DNA of 47,319 bases from Octopus bimaculoides (taxonomy: Eukaryota): the NCBI RefSeq assembly GCF_001194135.2, contig NC_068988.1, positions 2,019,020 to 2,066,338 on the forward strand. Reading direction: 5' to 3'. Positions 12,520 to 23,705 of the stretch are shown here, piece after piece. The notes under the pieces are model-generated. The model was not told where the DNA came from, ran no database searches, and saw only the letters and a list, made by a program, of their open reading frames with translations. A program made the translations under genes and the position numbers. Each line of letters starts with the position of its first letter. Within the stretch, counting starts at the first letter, position 1.

Positions 12520-12745
12520 GGCAAATAGCTTAACCCTGTCTGGTGATTGTTGGGGAAGATGTTGTGGAGTTGACATGACTGAAAGGATTAAAGACAGACA
12601 ATTTGCCAAACCTCCATCAAGTTGAAGCTCCTTCTTGAAAGGGATGCTGAGAATGGAGAATAAAAGACTGCTTTACAATAAATTTATTGAAAGGTCGGTG
12701 AGAGCAGTAAACTTGTCCAAAGTAAAGGACCCAGTCCTTGGCATA
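12520..12745 (+). mobile_element. Possible L1/Tx1-type LINE ORF2 extreme C-terminus; putative 3' UTR runs to (TAT)n at ~13030
   Basis: CLVIVGEDVVELT*LKGLKTDN.../LKGMLRMENKRLLYNKFIERSVRAV..* resembles Tx1-like C-termini from memory only. Confidence 0.35.
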
Positions 12746-13024
12746 TGACTGTTGGCTGGGAAATGATAGAGAAAAGTGGTTCCTTACCCTTGATTTTGAG
12801 AGTAGTCCTGGAACTGAGGAGTTCTTTGAACCACTCTAAGTGGCAGTCGACCTCTTGGGACTTTCTCATAAACATATATTCTGTATGTATCATGTATGTG
12901 GTCAGTTTGTTTTTTTCTTTTGACATTTGCATTTTAATGGAAATCACCATATTTTTTGTAACCTGTCCCTTCATTCGTTGCCATACATCATATTGTAGTA
13001 GCAATAAAAACTACTATTACTAGT

Positions 13025-13027
13025 ACG

Positions 13028-13071
<44 letters not shown>

Positions 13072-13898
13072 TTTAATAATAACCATTTTCATAATCACAA
13101 TCATCATCATCGTGTTATTTGTATTCTATTTTTATTCTTGTTATTTTAGATAAATATTGACATATTCGAAACCTTTACTATTTCAATAATCAATAAGCTG
13201 ATTCTCTTACCTTTTTTTCTCCCTTTTCGCTCCTGTTCCCCGACCCTTCCTTCTCTCTCACCCCACCCCTTACTTTTTATCTATTTCTTTATTATTATTT
13301 TTTTTTTTAGCACACAGCGGTGGTTTCAATACACACTGCACTACACTCTTTGAGTAGATCCTCAAGCTATTAGGTCTCCCAACCATAGAGAAAGGTGGGT
13401 TGTTTTTTTTTTTTGTTTCTTTTGGCTTTTGTTGAATTCAAATGCATTCAAATCTATGCATGAGCTAGGAGTGTAGAGAATAAAAAGCATAATGCATTTT
13501 GTAAAATGGAAACCGGCTAATAAATAAGTGGCAATTTCCAACACAGCATTTTACAAGATCGATATATGATGTTAACAAAAATTTCATTGATTTCTATCAT
13601 TCATGATCAAAGCACGCAAGGTGATGGCTTTCATTTCCTATATTTTGCATGAAACGTAATCTACATACTTTAAACTATTGTCATTAAATATTGTTTGGAT
13701 ATTTTTTGTCCTTTTTTTAGGGGGTAGTGGATGGGAAGAATGAGTGGGGATCTTTTTGCACGAGAGTGCTTTTTTTTTTACCATTTCTCACTCCCATTTG
13801 CCTAGTTTTGGAACTGTTGGGTGAGCAATCTTCATTCCAATCTCATTGGATATATTTCCTATTTTCTTTAGTTACATACATACAAAGAGCAAACCTAA

Positions 13899-13964
<66 letters not shown>

Positions 13965-13965
13965 C
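13025..13965. repeat. (TAT)n arrays at ~13025-13075 and ~13900-13965
   Basis: Directly visible. Confidence 0.9.
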
Positions 13966-14362
13966 AATAAAAGATGGCAAAATCAAAAGGGTCCTGAACC
14001 TAGGTCAATGATTCATATCCTGCAAACCAAAATATTTCCCTTCCATTGTGTTTTTCTGCTGAAATACTTTATTTTTTAAAGTGAGTCCTTCCATATCAAT
14101 GATCAGTAACTTCTTTGCATAATGGCCATTTTTGGTTTTTCTTGTTATGTATTTGCCCATTGTCCCCATCTATACCATATCTTACACATAAAAATGTCCC
14201 TGAGTATCCCTTCACCATTCTCATCACTGTCAATGCATGTTAAACAAAACCTGATATAGAAATTTTATCTGGAAACCATTAATTGCTTATTGGCCCACAT
14301 TTAATTTGAGAAATGTTTTAGAAAACATATAAGACCCACAAAGAACATGTCGTTGGCCCTAT

Positions 14363-15130
14363 TTGAGTTCATGCCATTTACCATCAATTCTACTTACCAT
14401 AGTCCCACAAGCCATCACAGAGAGGTCTAAAATTGACTGTCCACGGGAACTCCTATATGCTGATGATCTAGTTCTCATAACTCAATCCAGCAGGGAATTC
14501 CCAGCATGGATGCTAAACTTGGAATTGAGAAGCCTTAAGGTAAATTTAGCAACGATGAATATTTTAGTGAGTGGGAAAGAAGACAGGACCGCAACACCTT
14601 CAGGAAATGACCATGCTTGATAATCAGAAAAGCACTAGGCATAAGCTTCATATGCTATACTTGATGTAAGTTATGGACATTCCTCAAGAGATGCAGTGGA
14701 ATCACTGGTAGACTATCCAAAAATGTAAGCTTCATATGCAGTAGATACATTGGAGCAGTTCTTATGACTACACTGGAAACTGAGTCTCTTAAAAGCCAAT
14801 ATGGCACGATAGCAGTAGATGATAGCTTTTGTTACCTAGGGGATGTAATTAGCAAGGGAAATGGTTGCTTTGAAAGTACAGCAGCTAGAGTGAGAACTGG
14901 TTAGAGAACGTTCAGTGAAGTTCACTGCTAACAACAAAGATATCTAACAGTGAAAGGCAGACTGTATGATGCTTGTGTTAAAACTGCAATGCTGCATGGT
15001 AGTGAGACATGGACCTTAAATGCAGAGGACTTGAAAAGTCTGGAATGAAATGGAACGAGCATGCTTTATTGGACGGGCAATGTGAGTTTGCAGGAAGGAA
15101 TTGGTATAAAGGGGCAGAGTGAGAAACTGA
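14363..15130 (+). mobile_element. RTE LINE reverse transcriptase fragment (pseudogene)
   Basis: ELLYADDLVLI; downstream DSFCYLGDVIS, VKGRLYDACVKTAMLHGSETWTL. Confidence 0.92.
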
Positions 15131-15199
15131 GCTTTGGAAGAATTGCTCTGAGAAAGTTCCCCTTCAAGGCACAAATTAGAGCAAGGTTGTTTATGAAAG

Positions 15200-15437
15200 A
15201 CCAGCAGTCACCCATGCATAACAGCCTCTCCTCTCCATACCACCGATGTTATCCAAGGGAAAGGCAAAAGGGGCCGATACAGCTTGGCACCAGTGATGGT
15301 GTGACTCATTTCTACAGCTGAGTGAACTGGAGCAATGTGAAATAAAGTGTCTTGCTCAAGAACACAATACAGCCTGGTCTGGGAATCGAACTCACTACCT
15401 CATGATTGTGAGCCCGACACTCTAACCACTGAGCTAT
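15200..15437 (-). mobile_element. tRNA-derived CORE-like SINE (family 'C'); a second head in opposite orientation at 15592-15700
   Basis: Reverse complement has a tRNA head (agtggttagagtg...gttcgattccc) and ttgagcaagacactttatttcacattgctccagttcactcagctgtagaaatgag, resembling the CORE domain. Confidence 0.75.
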
Positions 15438-15704
15438 ATTATAGAAATAAAAACAAACAAAATGCTGATCAATTTGTTGTGATATTCTGCCAGTATATTG
15501 TACCTTGGCACCAATTCCATACCAAAAGAAGAAAACAGAATAAGAACTGTGAATGAATTTGGTCTTTTACAAATCATTGAATGCAACTGTGAAGGTGTGT
15601 GGCTGAATGGCTAGGGTTCTGAGCTCACAATCATGAGGTCATAGGTTCAATTCCTAGACTAGACAGCACTTTGCATCTTTGAACAGGCTACATTCCTCAT
15701 CATC

Positions 15705-15960
15705 ATTTAATATCCGTTTTCCTTACTGGAATGATTTGGATGGTTTGACAGGGAGCTGACAAAGCAAAGTGCCCCTTGCTCCAATCTCCATTGTCTGCTT
15801 TAGCATGGTTCCCACAGTTGGATACAGAATGGGCTGGATGTGTTTTTTGCCTGGGACCAGCTCAGGAGCTTTTAATATGATGTCAGCGTGGGTGCCTTTT
15901 TTGTGGCACCAGCATGAGTGCTTTTTATGTGATGCTAGCATAGGTGCCTTTTACATTATT
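15705..15960 (-). mobile_element. RTE-type 3' end fragment
   Basis: catcatcatttaatatccgttttcc... is homologous to 1395-1440. Confidence 0.55.
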
Positions 15961-16190
15961 ACCTGTTATTCCAGTCTACTTAGTTGAAAATAATTACTAG
16001 CGAAATGCTGGTGTCGTTCTTTCCCCGTTCTTCTGTCACAACCTTGGTACTTTACTGGATGAATGATGTAAAAGCTAGAAAGTGTTTGCTCATGACTACT
16101 CAGGCACATAAAATAATATGAAAGCATGGTACATGTAACCATGTGATGCTCACTCGTGAGTGACAGCTAAACCCTTTTACTCTTTTATAG

Positions 16191-16274
16191 AATTGGAAGC
16201 TACGAGAAAGCAGGACTAAACACATGTGATTCTGATGGTTGCTGCAAAGGCTTACTGGAACATTTTTTTTATGA
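16191..16274 (+). CDS. Candidate 84-bp symmetric internal exon (IGSYEKAGLNTCDSDGCCKGLLEHFFY), gene unknown
   Basis: Branch-point-like ctaaac, pyrimidine tract ccttttactcttttatag, one open frame of the three, donor GA/gtaatt; no homology recognised. Confidence 0.25.
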
Positions 16275-16514
16275 GTAATTGCATTTTCTTGACATTTTCA
16301 GTTCCATCTAAATAGTAATATAATTAATTTTACTAATGGATAGTTATATATTTTATAGCTGAAAAATTGAATCTTGTAACCCCCGACAACATATAAACAT
16401 TGCCCTTATCTGCAAATTATAAAGCTAAATAGATTCCTTCTTTCAATGAAATGTAGGCAATAAATAATGGAATGGAAACATTTCCTCTTCAACCAATTTA
16501 TTCTATAAATTACA

Positions 16515-16650
16515 ATATGAATGATAATAATAATAATAGTTATAATAATAATGATAATAATAATATTAATAATAATAATGATGATGGTGATGATGATGAT
16601 GATGATGATATCAATAATATCGATGATAATCCCCACCATTATCATTATTC
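16515..16650. repeat. (AAT)n/(GAT)n mosaic
   Basis: Directly visible. Confidence 0.9.
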
Positions 16651-16920
16651 TCATATGTTGTCTTTTATTTGGTGTGAGGCATCGAAATACAAAATAATAC
16701 AGCACAGAACAGTATTGATAAGAAAAGACAACATTTTTCAAGATTTAATCTTCAGAACGACAAGGTTTATAACCATTTGAGTCCCATCCTTATGAGAGTT
16801 TAATAATGGTGATATGTTAGGGAGTTCAACCTGAAGTTTAGAAAATCAGTATTTAAGAGGGTGGTGTGAGGGGAGAGAGACTAGTAGAGAAGGGTCAGAG
16901 CAAACTATAATTTTGGCTAA

Positions 16921-17152
16921 TACAGTTCTATATTTCAGAGATGATGAATTATTTACATTATTTACATTTGACGGATATTTGTCCTCATCTTGGTTGTTGT
17001 TAACACGTTTTGGCTGATATACCTTCCAGCCTTCATCAGGTGTCTTGGGGAAATTTCAAACCTGGGTTCTCATTCCTAAGTTATTTTACGATATTNNNNN
17101 NNNNNGGAATCGAACTCAGAATCTTGGGGTTAATAGCTCTGTGCTCTTAACC
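16921..17152 (-). mobile_element. tRNA-headed, hammerhead-motif element, copy 1 (left arm of palindrome; N-gap 17096-17105)
   Basis: Reverse complement: gacac-CTGATGA-a-ggctg[gaaggtatat]cagcc-AAAACGT-gttaac; partial tRNA head at 17106-17152. Confidence 0.8.
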
Positions 17153-17370
17153 CTAAGATTCTGAGTTCAGTTCCAGACAGTGACCTGAATAATAATAATA
17201 TTAATAATAATACCATCGAAAAATACCTTAGGAATGAGAACCCAGGTTTGAAATTTCCCCATGAGACCTGATGAAGGCTGGAGGGTATATCAGCCAAAAC
17301 GTTGTTTTAAGAACAAACAAGATTAGGACAAATATCCATCAAATGTAAATAATGTAAATAATGTATAATT
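17148..17370 (+). mobile_element. tRNA-headed, hammerhead-motif element, copy 2 (right arm)
   Basis: CTGATGA at 17268-17274; stem II ggctg/cagcc at 17276-17295; AAAAC-GTT at 17296-17303; tail (aataatgta)2. Confidence 0.8.
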
Positions 17371-17384
17371 TTGACATAAGGCCA

Positions 17385-17558
17385 GCATTTTTAGACCCCT
17401 GTACACAACTGATATTTTGGTTAATCAACCCTGAAAGGTTGAAAGACAAAGTTGACCTTGGTGGAATTTGAACTCAGAACTTAAAGAACTAAAAAAGAAA
17501 AACGAAAATGCTGCTAAGCATTTTGTCTGAGATACCAGTGATTCTGCTAGGTCACTGA
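17385..17558 (-). mobile_element. Old family-B SINE
   Basis: aaagttgaccttggtggaatttgaactcagaac matches the family-B reverse complement. Confidence 0.75.
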
Positions 17559-18246
17559 TATATAATAATAAAAAGAGAAAAGGGTAAAAATGTGTAGCAC
17601 CATTCTAAGGAATGGAACGGAGGAGGTAGGGGTGGGATGGAGGTATAAGTGTCAGGTGAATAATTAAAAAAAATAATAAAAACATAAATAAATATTGGTA
17701 TTTGCATCAATGTTCACCGAAAAGAAATGAATTCACAAAGAGAACAGTCATTTAGGGAGAATCAATCACATGAAGAACAGTCAAGGAAAACTCTAGAATC
17801 CAGTAAAATCCCCAAAGCAACTCTAAGTAAATAGCTTCTTAGAAAAGCGGCAGTTCCACATTCTAACACCTGCCATCAAATTGTGACATAAAATGGTTGC
17901 TTTCAAATGGTTCATTTATTGATTTTGCAAATTACAGTATATTTCTTGAACTATCAAAACAGGTGTTATTTCTTGCATTGCAACCTTCTGCTAAATAAAT
18001 TTGTATAGATCTTATATACAAGCACAGTTTTTATTAATTTTTTTTTTTTGCCTTTTTTTAGTCAATAAAATACTAAATTAGTAACTATCCTTGCTTTAGT
18101 AGAGTAATTTTATTTTGTACCTTATCTTAAAGTTAGGTAATTAAATCTATATGTTTACTTTTCCTTAACTCTGTCTATGTCTGTCTGTTTGTCGTACTCT
18201 CTTTCTTTCCTCCTCCCTCTCTTTATCTCTCATTTTTTGCTCTGTG

Positions 18247-18281
<35 letters not shown>

Positions 18282-18472
18282 TATTCTTTGTTTTTGTGTT
18301 ATAATAAAACAGTTTTACATTAATCAATACATTTGGTAGAGTACAAATTATGCTTTAACAAGAAAAGTATTGACAGTAACTTCGAAGTTTTAGTCAGTCT
18401 AATGATGAGTTAGCAGGTCAAAACTTCTAAGTCATTGTCAATGAATAATATATATATATATATATATAAATA

Positions 18473-18898
18473 TCAAAGGTGGGCACTGTTAATCGAAACG
18501 TTAACTTCGTTAACCATTAAAACATTAACCAAAAAGTTAATTTTGATAACCATTAATCAGATAATTCTTTAAAAATGTAACGGAAGTTATCAATAGACTA
18601 TCAACGTTCATTTTTATTATTAAAAATAACATAAAAATCAATTTTTGCTCTAAAAGCTATCTAAAACACCTTTAAAAAGTGTCAAAACTATAAAATCAGC
18701 CATTTTTGGTCCTTTTAAAGGCTTTAGAACCCCAAAACTACAGTTTTTGTTTTGCTTTAGAGTTAAAAAATGCTAATTTTATAGTCTTAACTTTTAAAAG
18801 ACCTAAAAAAGGCTGAATTCAAAGTTTTGGCCCCTTTTTAAGTTTTTAAAAGCCTTTAGAGCCAAAAAAGTTTAAAAAAACAAAGTAAAATGAAACTA
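18473..18898. mobile_element. Probable DNA-transposon (hAT-like) end with subterminal gttaac/attaac repeats
   Basis: caaaggtgggcactgttaatcgaaacgttaacttcgttaacc, followed by internally repetitive AT-rich sequence; no partner TIR found. Confidence 0.35.
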
Positions 18899-19136
18899 TT
18901 ACATTATTTAAAATTGACGGATATTTGCCCTCATCTTGTTTGTTGTTAACACAACATTTTGGCTGATATACCCTCCAGCCTTCTTCAGGGGTCTTGGAGG
19001 AAATTTCGAACCTGGGTTCTCAGTCCTAAGGTATTTTTCGATGTTATTATTATTATTATTATTATTATTCAGGTCACTGCCTAGAATCGAACTTGGAATC
19101 TTGGGATTAGTAGCCCACACTCTTAACCACTACACC
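18899..19136 (-). mobile_element. tRNA-headed, hammerhead-motif element, copy 3 (most complete)
   Basis: Reverse complement: ggtgtagtggttaag...ctactaa...gttcgattc, (AAT)n, gaccc-CTGAAGA-a-ggctg[gagggtatat]cagcc-AAAAT-GTT-gtgtt. Confidence 0.85.
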
Positions 19137-19324
19137 AGTTATGGGAATCAGGGTAGAGTGGGTAGCAGAGATGTGGGGGAAGTGAGAGGGTACAAAACAG
19201 GTACCTTGGTTAGGAGAATAGATGGTTGGTGAAGGATGTGAGGGTATTGAATGAGGGTGGGTTAGAAGAACAGGACAGGCAATAATCAAGGAAAGAGTGC
19301 ATACATTAAGCTTGCAGATTGGTG

Positions 19325-20285
19325 ATTGGATCATCCGTGGCACTGCACACCCCCAATTGACACAGTCTTCTGTCATCCCCCTCATCTGATCCATTTCCAC
19401 TGTCTCATCCTAAGTCTTGTTTCCCTCTTCAACAAGAACCCTTGCCTTTCAGCACATGACACTTACTTGCACAAGGGTCACCACATTCTCCCATTGCAGA
19501 TCAGCCACCCTTCTTGCATCTGATTCCTCTTAATTTGGTTTGTCTCTTAAGACCCTATTCCAAGCGTTCTGAAGAAAGCTTTTGACGGACTCCCTAATAC
19601 TATGATTCAGTGGTTGCTAAAGAATCTAGGAATGGATGAATTAATTTTTAGGGCTGTATGAGCCATGTATGAAGGAGCAGTCACTTAGGTGAAACAAAAA
19701 TCAGCAAGGAGTTCAGTGATGAATTTAGTGTTCTGGTGGTGATACATCAGGGTTCAATTCTTAGCCTCACTTCCTATTTATTTTAGTCCTCTGAGCAATA
19801 ACAAAAGAATTTAAGACTGATTGCCATTGAGAACAGCCGGATGCTGATGATTCAATTTTTATTTTCAGAATCTGTTGAAGAACTGAAGTTGAAACATGGA
19901 AGCAAAATCTGGAATTAAAGAGTTTTGAAATAAATTTGGCAGAAATAAAAGTTTCATTAGAAAGGAAGATTGAACTTTTTGGCGTCAGGAAAATGCTATG
20001 CTCCATCTGCAGAAAAGCACTCTATGGAAATTCTATAAGGTATGCAAAAGTGTAATCAATGGACACGTGAAAGGTGTAGCGATAGTAAAGGCAGGTGAGC
20101 AGAGAAGTTGGGGTTCAAGTGCTGCAGATGCAGTAAACACTAAGATTAAGCATGAAATAGATTCCCTCAAATGTATGAGAGGCTCCTTGGAATTAGTCGA
20201 TAGCTTTTGCTCCCTAGGTGACCATATTAGTAGAGGGAGTGATTGTTCTGAAAGTGTGGCACCGAGAATAAGGAGAGGGGAAATG
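19325..20285. mobile_element. RTE LINE remnant with internal inversion: ORF C-terminus on - (19325-19555), RT core on + (19570-20285)
   Basis: + strand: LKKAFD...HQGSIL...DADD...CSICRK...ELVDSFCSLGDHISRG...RIRRG. - strand: LRDK..LRGIRC...RG(K/R) C-terminal region. Confidence 0.85.
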
Positions 20286-20449
20286 TGCTGTTGTGCAGCA
20301 ATGAGGGGTAGGAAGCTTGAGTGTAAAAAGAAAGAAATAAGACGAGTTTGTTTTGTTGAATGTGACATGTTAATGTGCATAAGTGATGATTATAATGATG
20401 ATGATTATAAATACACACACAAACTCACAACGAGATATGTGCTTGTATG

Positions 20450-20484
<35 letters not shown>

Positions 20485-20589
20485 GTCTCTGTCTGTCTCT
20501 ATGTGTGTGTGTGTGTGTGTGTGTGCGTGCGCGCGCGCATGTCTATAGATAAGATAATAACACACAGTTGTGTTTCAGAGAGGTTCTTA

Positions 20590-20900
20590 TTCTGTAATTC
20601 AGGCTGTGTCCTACTCAGTACAATTGTCTGTGAATAGGTAATATAATTCCGAAGAACTATGTGGGCGCCAGGGAAGGTCGTTTCAGAACCAGATCCAATA
20701 GCCTCCTTTAATATCAGCAAGAGACGCAATGTCAGAGCCCTGGCTAGGCATGTCTGGTCGATGAAGAAATGCACTATGGATTGCATCGAATAGAAAATCT
20801 TGGAGAAGTACAAACCTTATTTTTAATGGTAGCAGAAGATGCCTGCAATGACCAGCCGAGAAAAGAATAATGTTTAAATTTCTCTACACTCGAACATCTT
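20590..20900 (+). mobile_element. Second, different Penelope-like GIY-YIG endonuclease remnant
   Basis: Frameshifted LCPTQYNCL..GNII/KNYVGAREGRFRTR/SFNISKRRNVRALARHVWSMK...KILEKYKPY/GSRRCLQ*PAEK matches the YxG..EG.FK.R..NH..SF...T.L..H.W.LK...C.LC..EK type. Confidence 0.7.
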
Positions 20901-21454
20901 CCCAAACTGCATAAAAGTGATTTTCAGCCTGTGCTTACACGGGAGAAGGTACATTTTAACTTACCTACCAGCCCCACAACGACTATAAACGTTAGGATAT
21001 ACAGAATCGGTCTTCCCGCTATTAGATTCTGAAACACCAGTAAAGTTTTGATCAAAACATACACATATGCAAATTCAGCCAAACATGTGATTGTAAAGGT
21101 TCGGGCACCCGACCAATTCCGTTTCTAAACCTTCTCTACACAACTAGTAACCCTTTTAACACTCCTACACAGATATTTATCAAGCAGACTCTTGCTGTAT
21201 TAAAAAGCCCACTGAAGGTTTTGGTGGGATGGAGCGAGGGACATAATATTTGATTAGCACCGGATGTGACAATTTCCTGCTTCCATCTCTCCAATAACTG
21301 AGAGCAGTCGCCATATTTTTTCCATACCAGCCATCCCTCAAGAGAACGTATTAGATGCTCGGTTATCCAACATCTGATGCGAAACCGATTGGCAAGGTCG
21401 GCTGTAATGGCTCAGTAATTCTACATAAACTGTTTAATAGACACACGCAGAAAC

Positions 21455-21632
21455 ACACATTCATATAATACAGGTTTCTTTCAGTTTCCATCGACAAAAT
21501 CCACTCACAAGACCGTAGTCGATCTGAGACGATGGTAGAAGACACTAGCCTAATATATCACGTAGTAGGACTGAACCTAAGACCATATGGTTAGGAAGCA
21601 AACTGCTTAACCACACTACCATGTCTGCACCT
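21455..21632 (-). mobile_element. Family-A SINE 5' portion
   Basis: Reverse-complement match to 1524-1715. Confidence 0.8.
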
Positions 21633-21726
21633 AATATTTACCCCAGAGTGGCAACTATATCTAGCAAATTCTACATTCTCCGGATTAGCTGTTTAAATAT
21701 TGCTTTATTCAGGAACGTCCTCCCAT

Positions 21727-22200
21727 CATCTTTATTCTTTTATATTTTAATTGTTTCAGGCATTAGACTGTGGCCATACTGGAGTACCGCATTGAAGAAT
21801 TTTGGTCTAACGAATCGACCCCTGTACTAATTTTTTTTAAAGCATGGCACTTATTTTACCAGTCTTTTTTGTCGAAGCGCTAAGTTACTGGAACGTAAGC
21901 ATACCACCACCGGTTGTTAAGCAGTAGTGGGGGGACAAACACACACACACACCACACATAAACACACACACACACAACACATACACTCACACACACATAC
22001 ATAACTCACACACACACACAGACACACACACACATATATATACACTCGACAGTCCTCTTTCAGTTTCCGTCTACCAATTCCACTCACGAGACTATAGGCC
22101 CGAGGCTATAACAGGACATTTGCCCAAGGTGTCACGCAGTGGGACTGAACCCAGAACCATGTGGTTGGGAAGCCAACTTCTTACCACACAACCACGCATC
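21727..22200 (-). mobile_element. Near full-length family-A SINE with internal (CA)n
   Basis: Head at ~22130-22200, internal microsatellite, 3' region tgtggccatactggagtaccgc. Confidence 0.85.
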
Positions 22201-22529
22201 CATCATGCAATATGGAAATAGAACTATTCCGAAGACTGCTGGTTCCGTTTCAGTCTCCTCCATCATATTTTCTTCATCAACAGTTCTTGTCATTGGTTCT
22301 TTAGAAGAAGATATTCTTCTCTGATAAATTAACACTAATAAGTTTGAAATTGGGTTGCTAAATCGAAAGACCTCTTTCTTCCCCCCTTAGCTATGCAAAC
22401 TAATATCTCTTGGATTGGAAAAAAGTGTTACTACAATCAACATAATACGAGTGGTGCGTATTCGTGCCGGAAGAAAACTAAGAACTTGTGATTCCCATTA
22501 ACATGGCACTTTTTCTCCTCACCCACGCT

Positions 22530-22766
22530 TCCCTTCCCATCACCACCACCATCATCATCATCATCTGCAGCAGCAACAGCAAAATAATCCCAGAACCCCT
22601 CACCACTAGCAACACCACCACCGTTGCCGCCGCCCCCACCGCCCCCACCATCGTCATCGTCGTCATCATCGCCCTCCTCATCATTATCGTCCTCCTCATC
22701 ATTATCGTCCTCACTACTACCACCATCACAAACATCGCCGCCACCGCCGCCACCACCGCCACTACC

Positions 22767-22812
<46 letters not shown>

Positions 22813-22886
22813 CTAACGCCACCACCAACACCGCCGCCGCCTCCATGATGGCAGTGATCATCATCTTGATCATGATCATGACCATG

Positions 22887-22940
<54 letters not shown>

Positions 22941-23418
22941 TAATTCGTTATTTATGAAAATTGCTCTGATAAATGTAATGATATACAAGAAAGAGTTTAC
23001 GCAGAAACTATAATCTGAAATGACATCAAAAAACGTGTTCTCTGAATGGAAAATTGATATTACATACATACATACATATATACATACATACATGCATATA
23101 TACACACACACATACATGCATACATACATACAAACACACACATACATATATACATACAGATGCACACACACATATATATATATACATACACACATACATG
23201 TACGATATAATAAATATATATGCAATAAATGTAATATATATATATCTATATCTATATCTATATCTACATCTATATATATATATTGTGCATATAATAAACA
23301 TAGAAAGAATATACAAATTCTGTGCAAGTTATTTGCTTGCGAATCAATTTTATCTTCGCTCAATTTTTCATAATAGAAACAAGGGAATATATATAATAAG
23401 AGAGAGAAAGGGAGAGAT

Positions 23419-23488
<70 letters not shown>

Positions 23489-23608
23489 ATAGAGAGAGAG
23501 AGGGAGAGAGATTGAAGGAGATTTAGTGAGACCCAATTTTCGATTTGAAATGCAGTGTCTTGAAAATGTAATAGACGATAATTTGAACGAAAGACGGTGA
23601 AGATAACG

Positions 23609-23654
<46 letters not shown>

Positions 23655-23705
23655 TATACATATATATATATGCATGTATGTATGCATGTATGTATATATG
23701 TATAT
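22530..23705. repeat. Large low-complexity block: CAC/CAT/CGC/CAA mosaic, (ATT)n, (TA/CATA)n, (GA)n, (CA)n
   Basis: Directly visible; explains the long ORF-track entries here. Confidence 0.92.

Noticed and set aside
13311-13395. Strong acceptor and AAG|gtgggt donor pair
   Set aside because: All three frames contain stops; at most a non-coding or cryptic exon, which sequence alone cannot support.
19078-19136. tRNA gene call (Ser/Asn-like loop ctactaa)
   Set aside because: No complete acceptor stem; it is the head of a repeated element. The same applies to the heads at 15380-15437 and 15592-15665.
21380-21400. ctgatgcgaaacc near the second PLE remnant
   Set aside because: No stem II between the core-like words; not a hammerhead.
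22437-23363. 308-aa and overlapping ORFs (poly-G/D/N/T/P/S)
   Set aside because: Entirely built from trinucleotide and dinucleotide microsatellites that are open in several frames on both strands; no domain or splice support.
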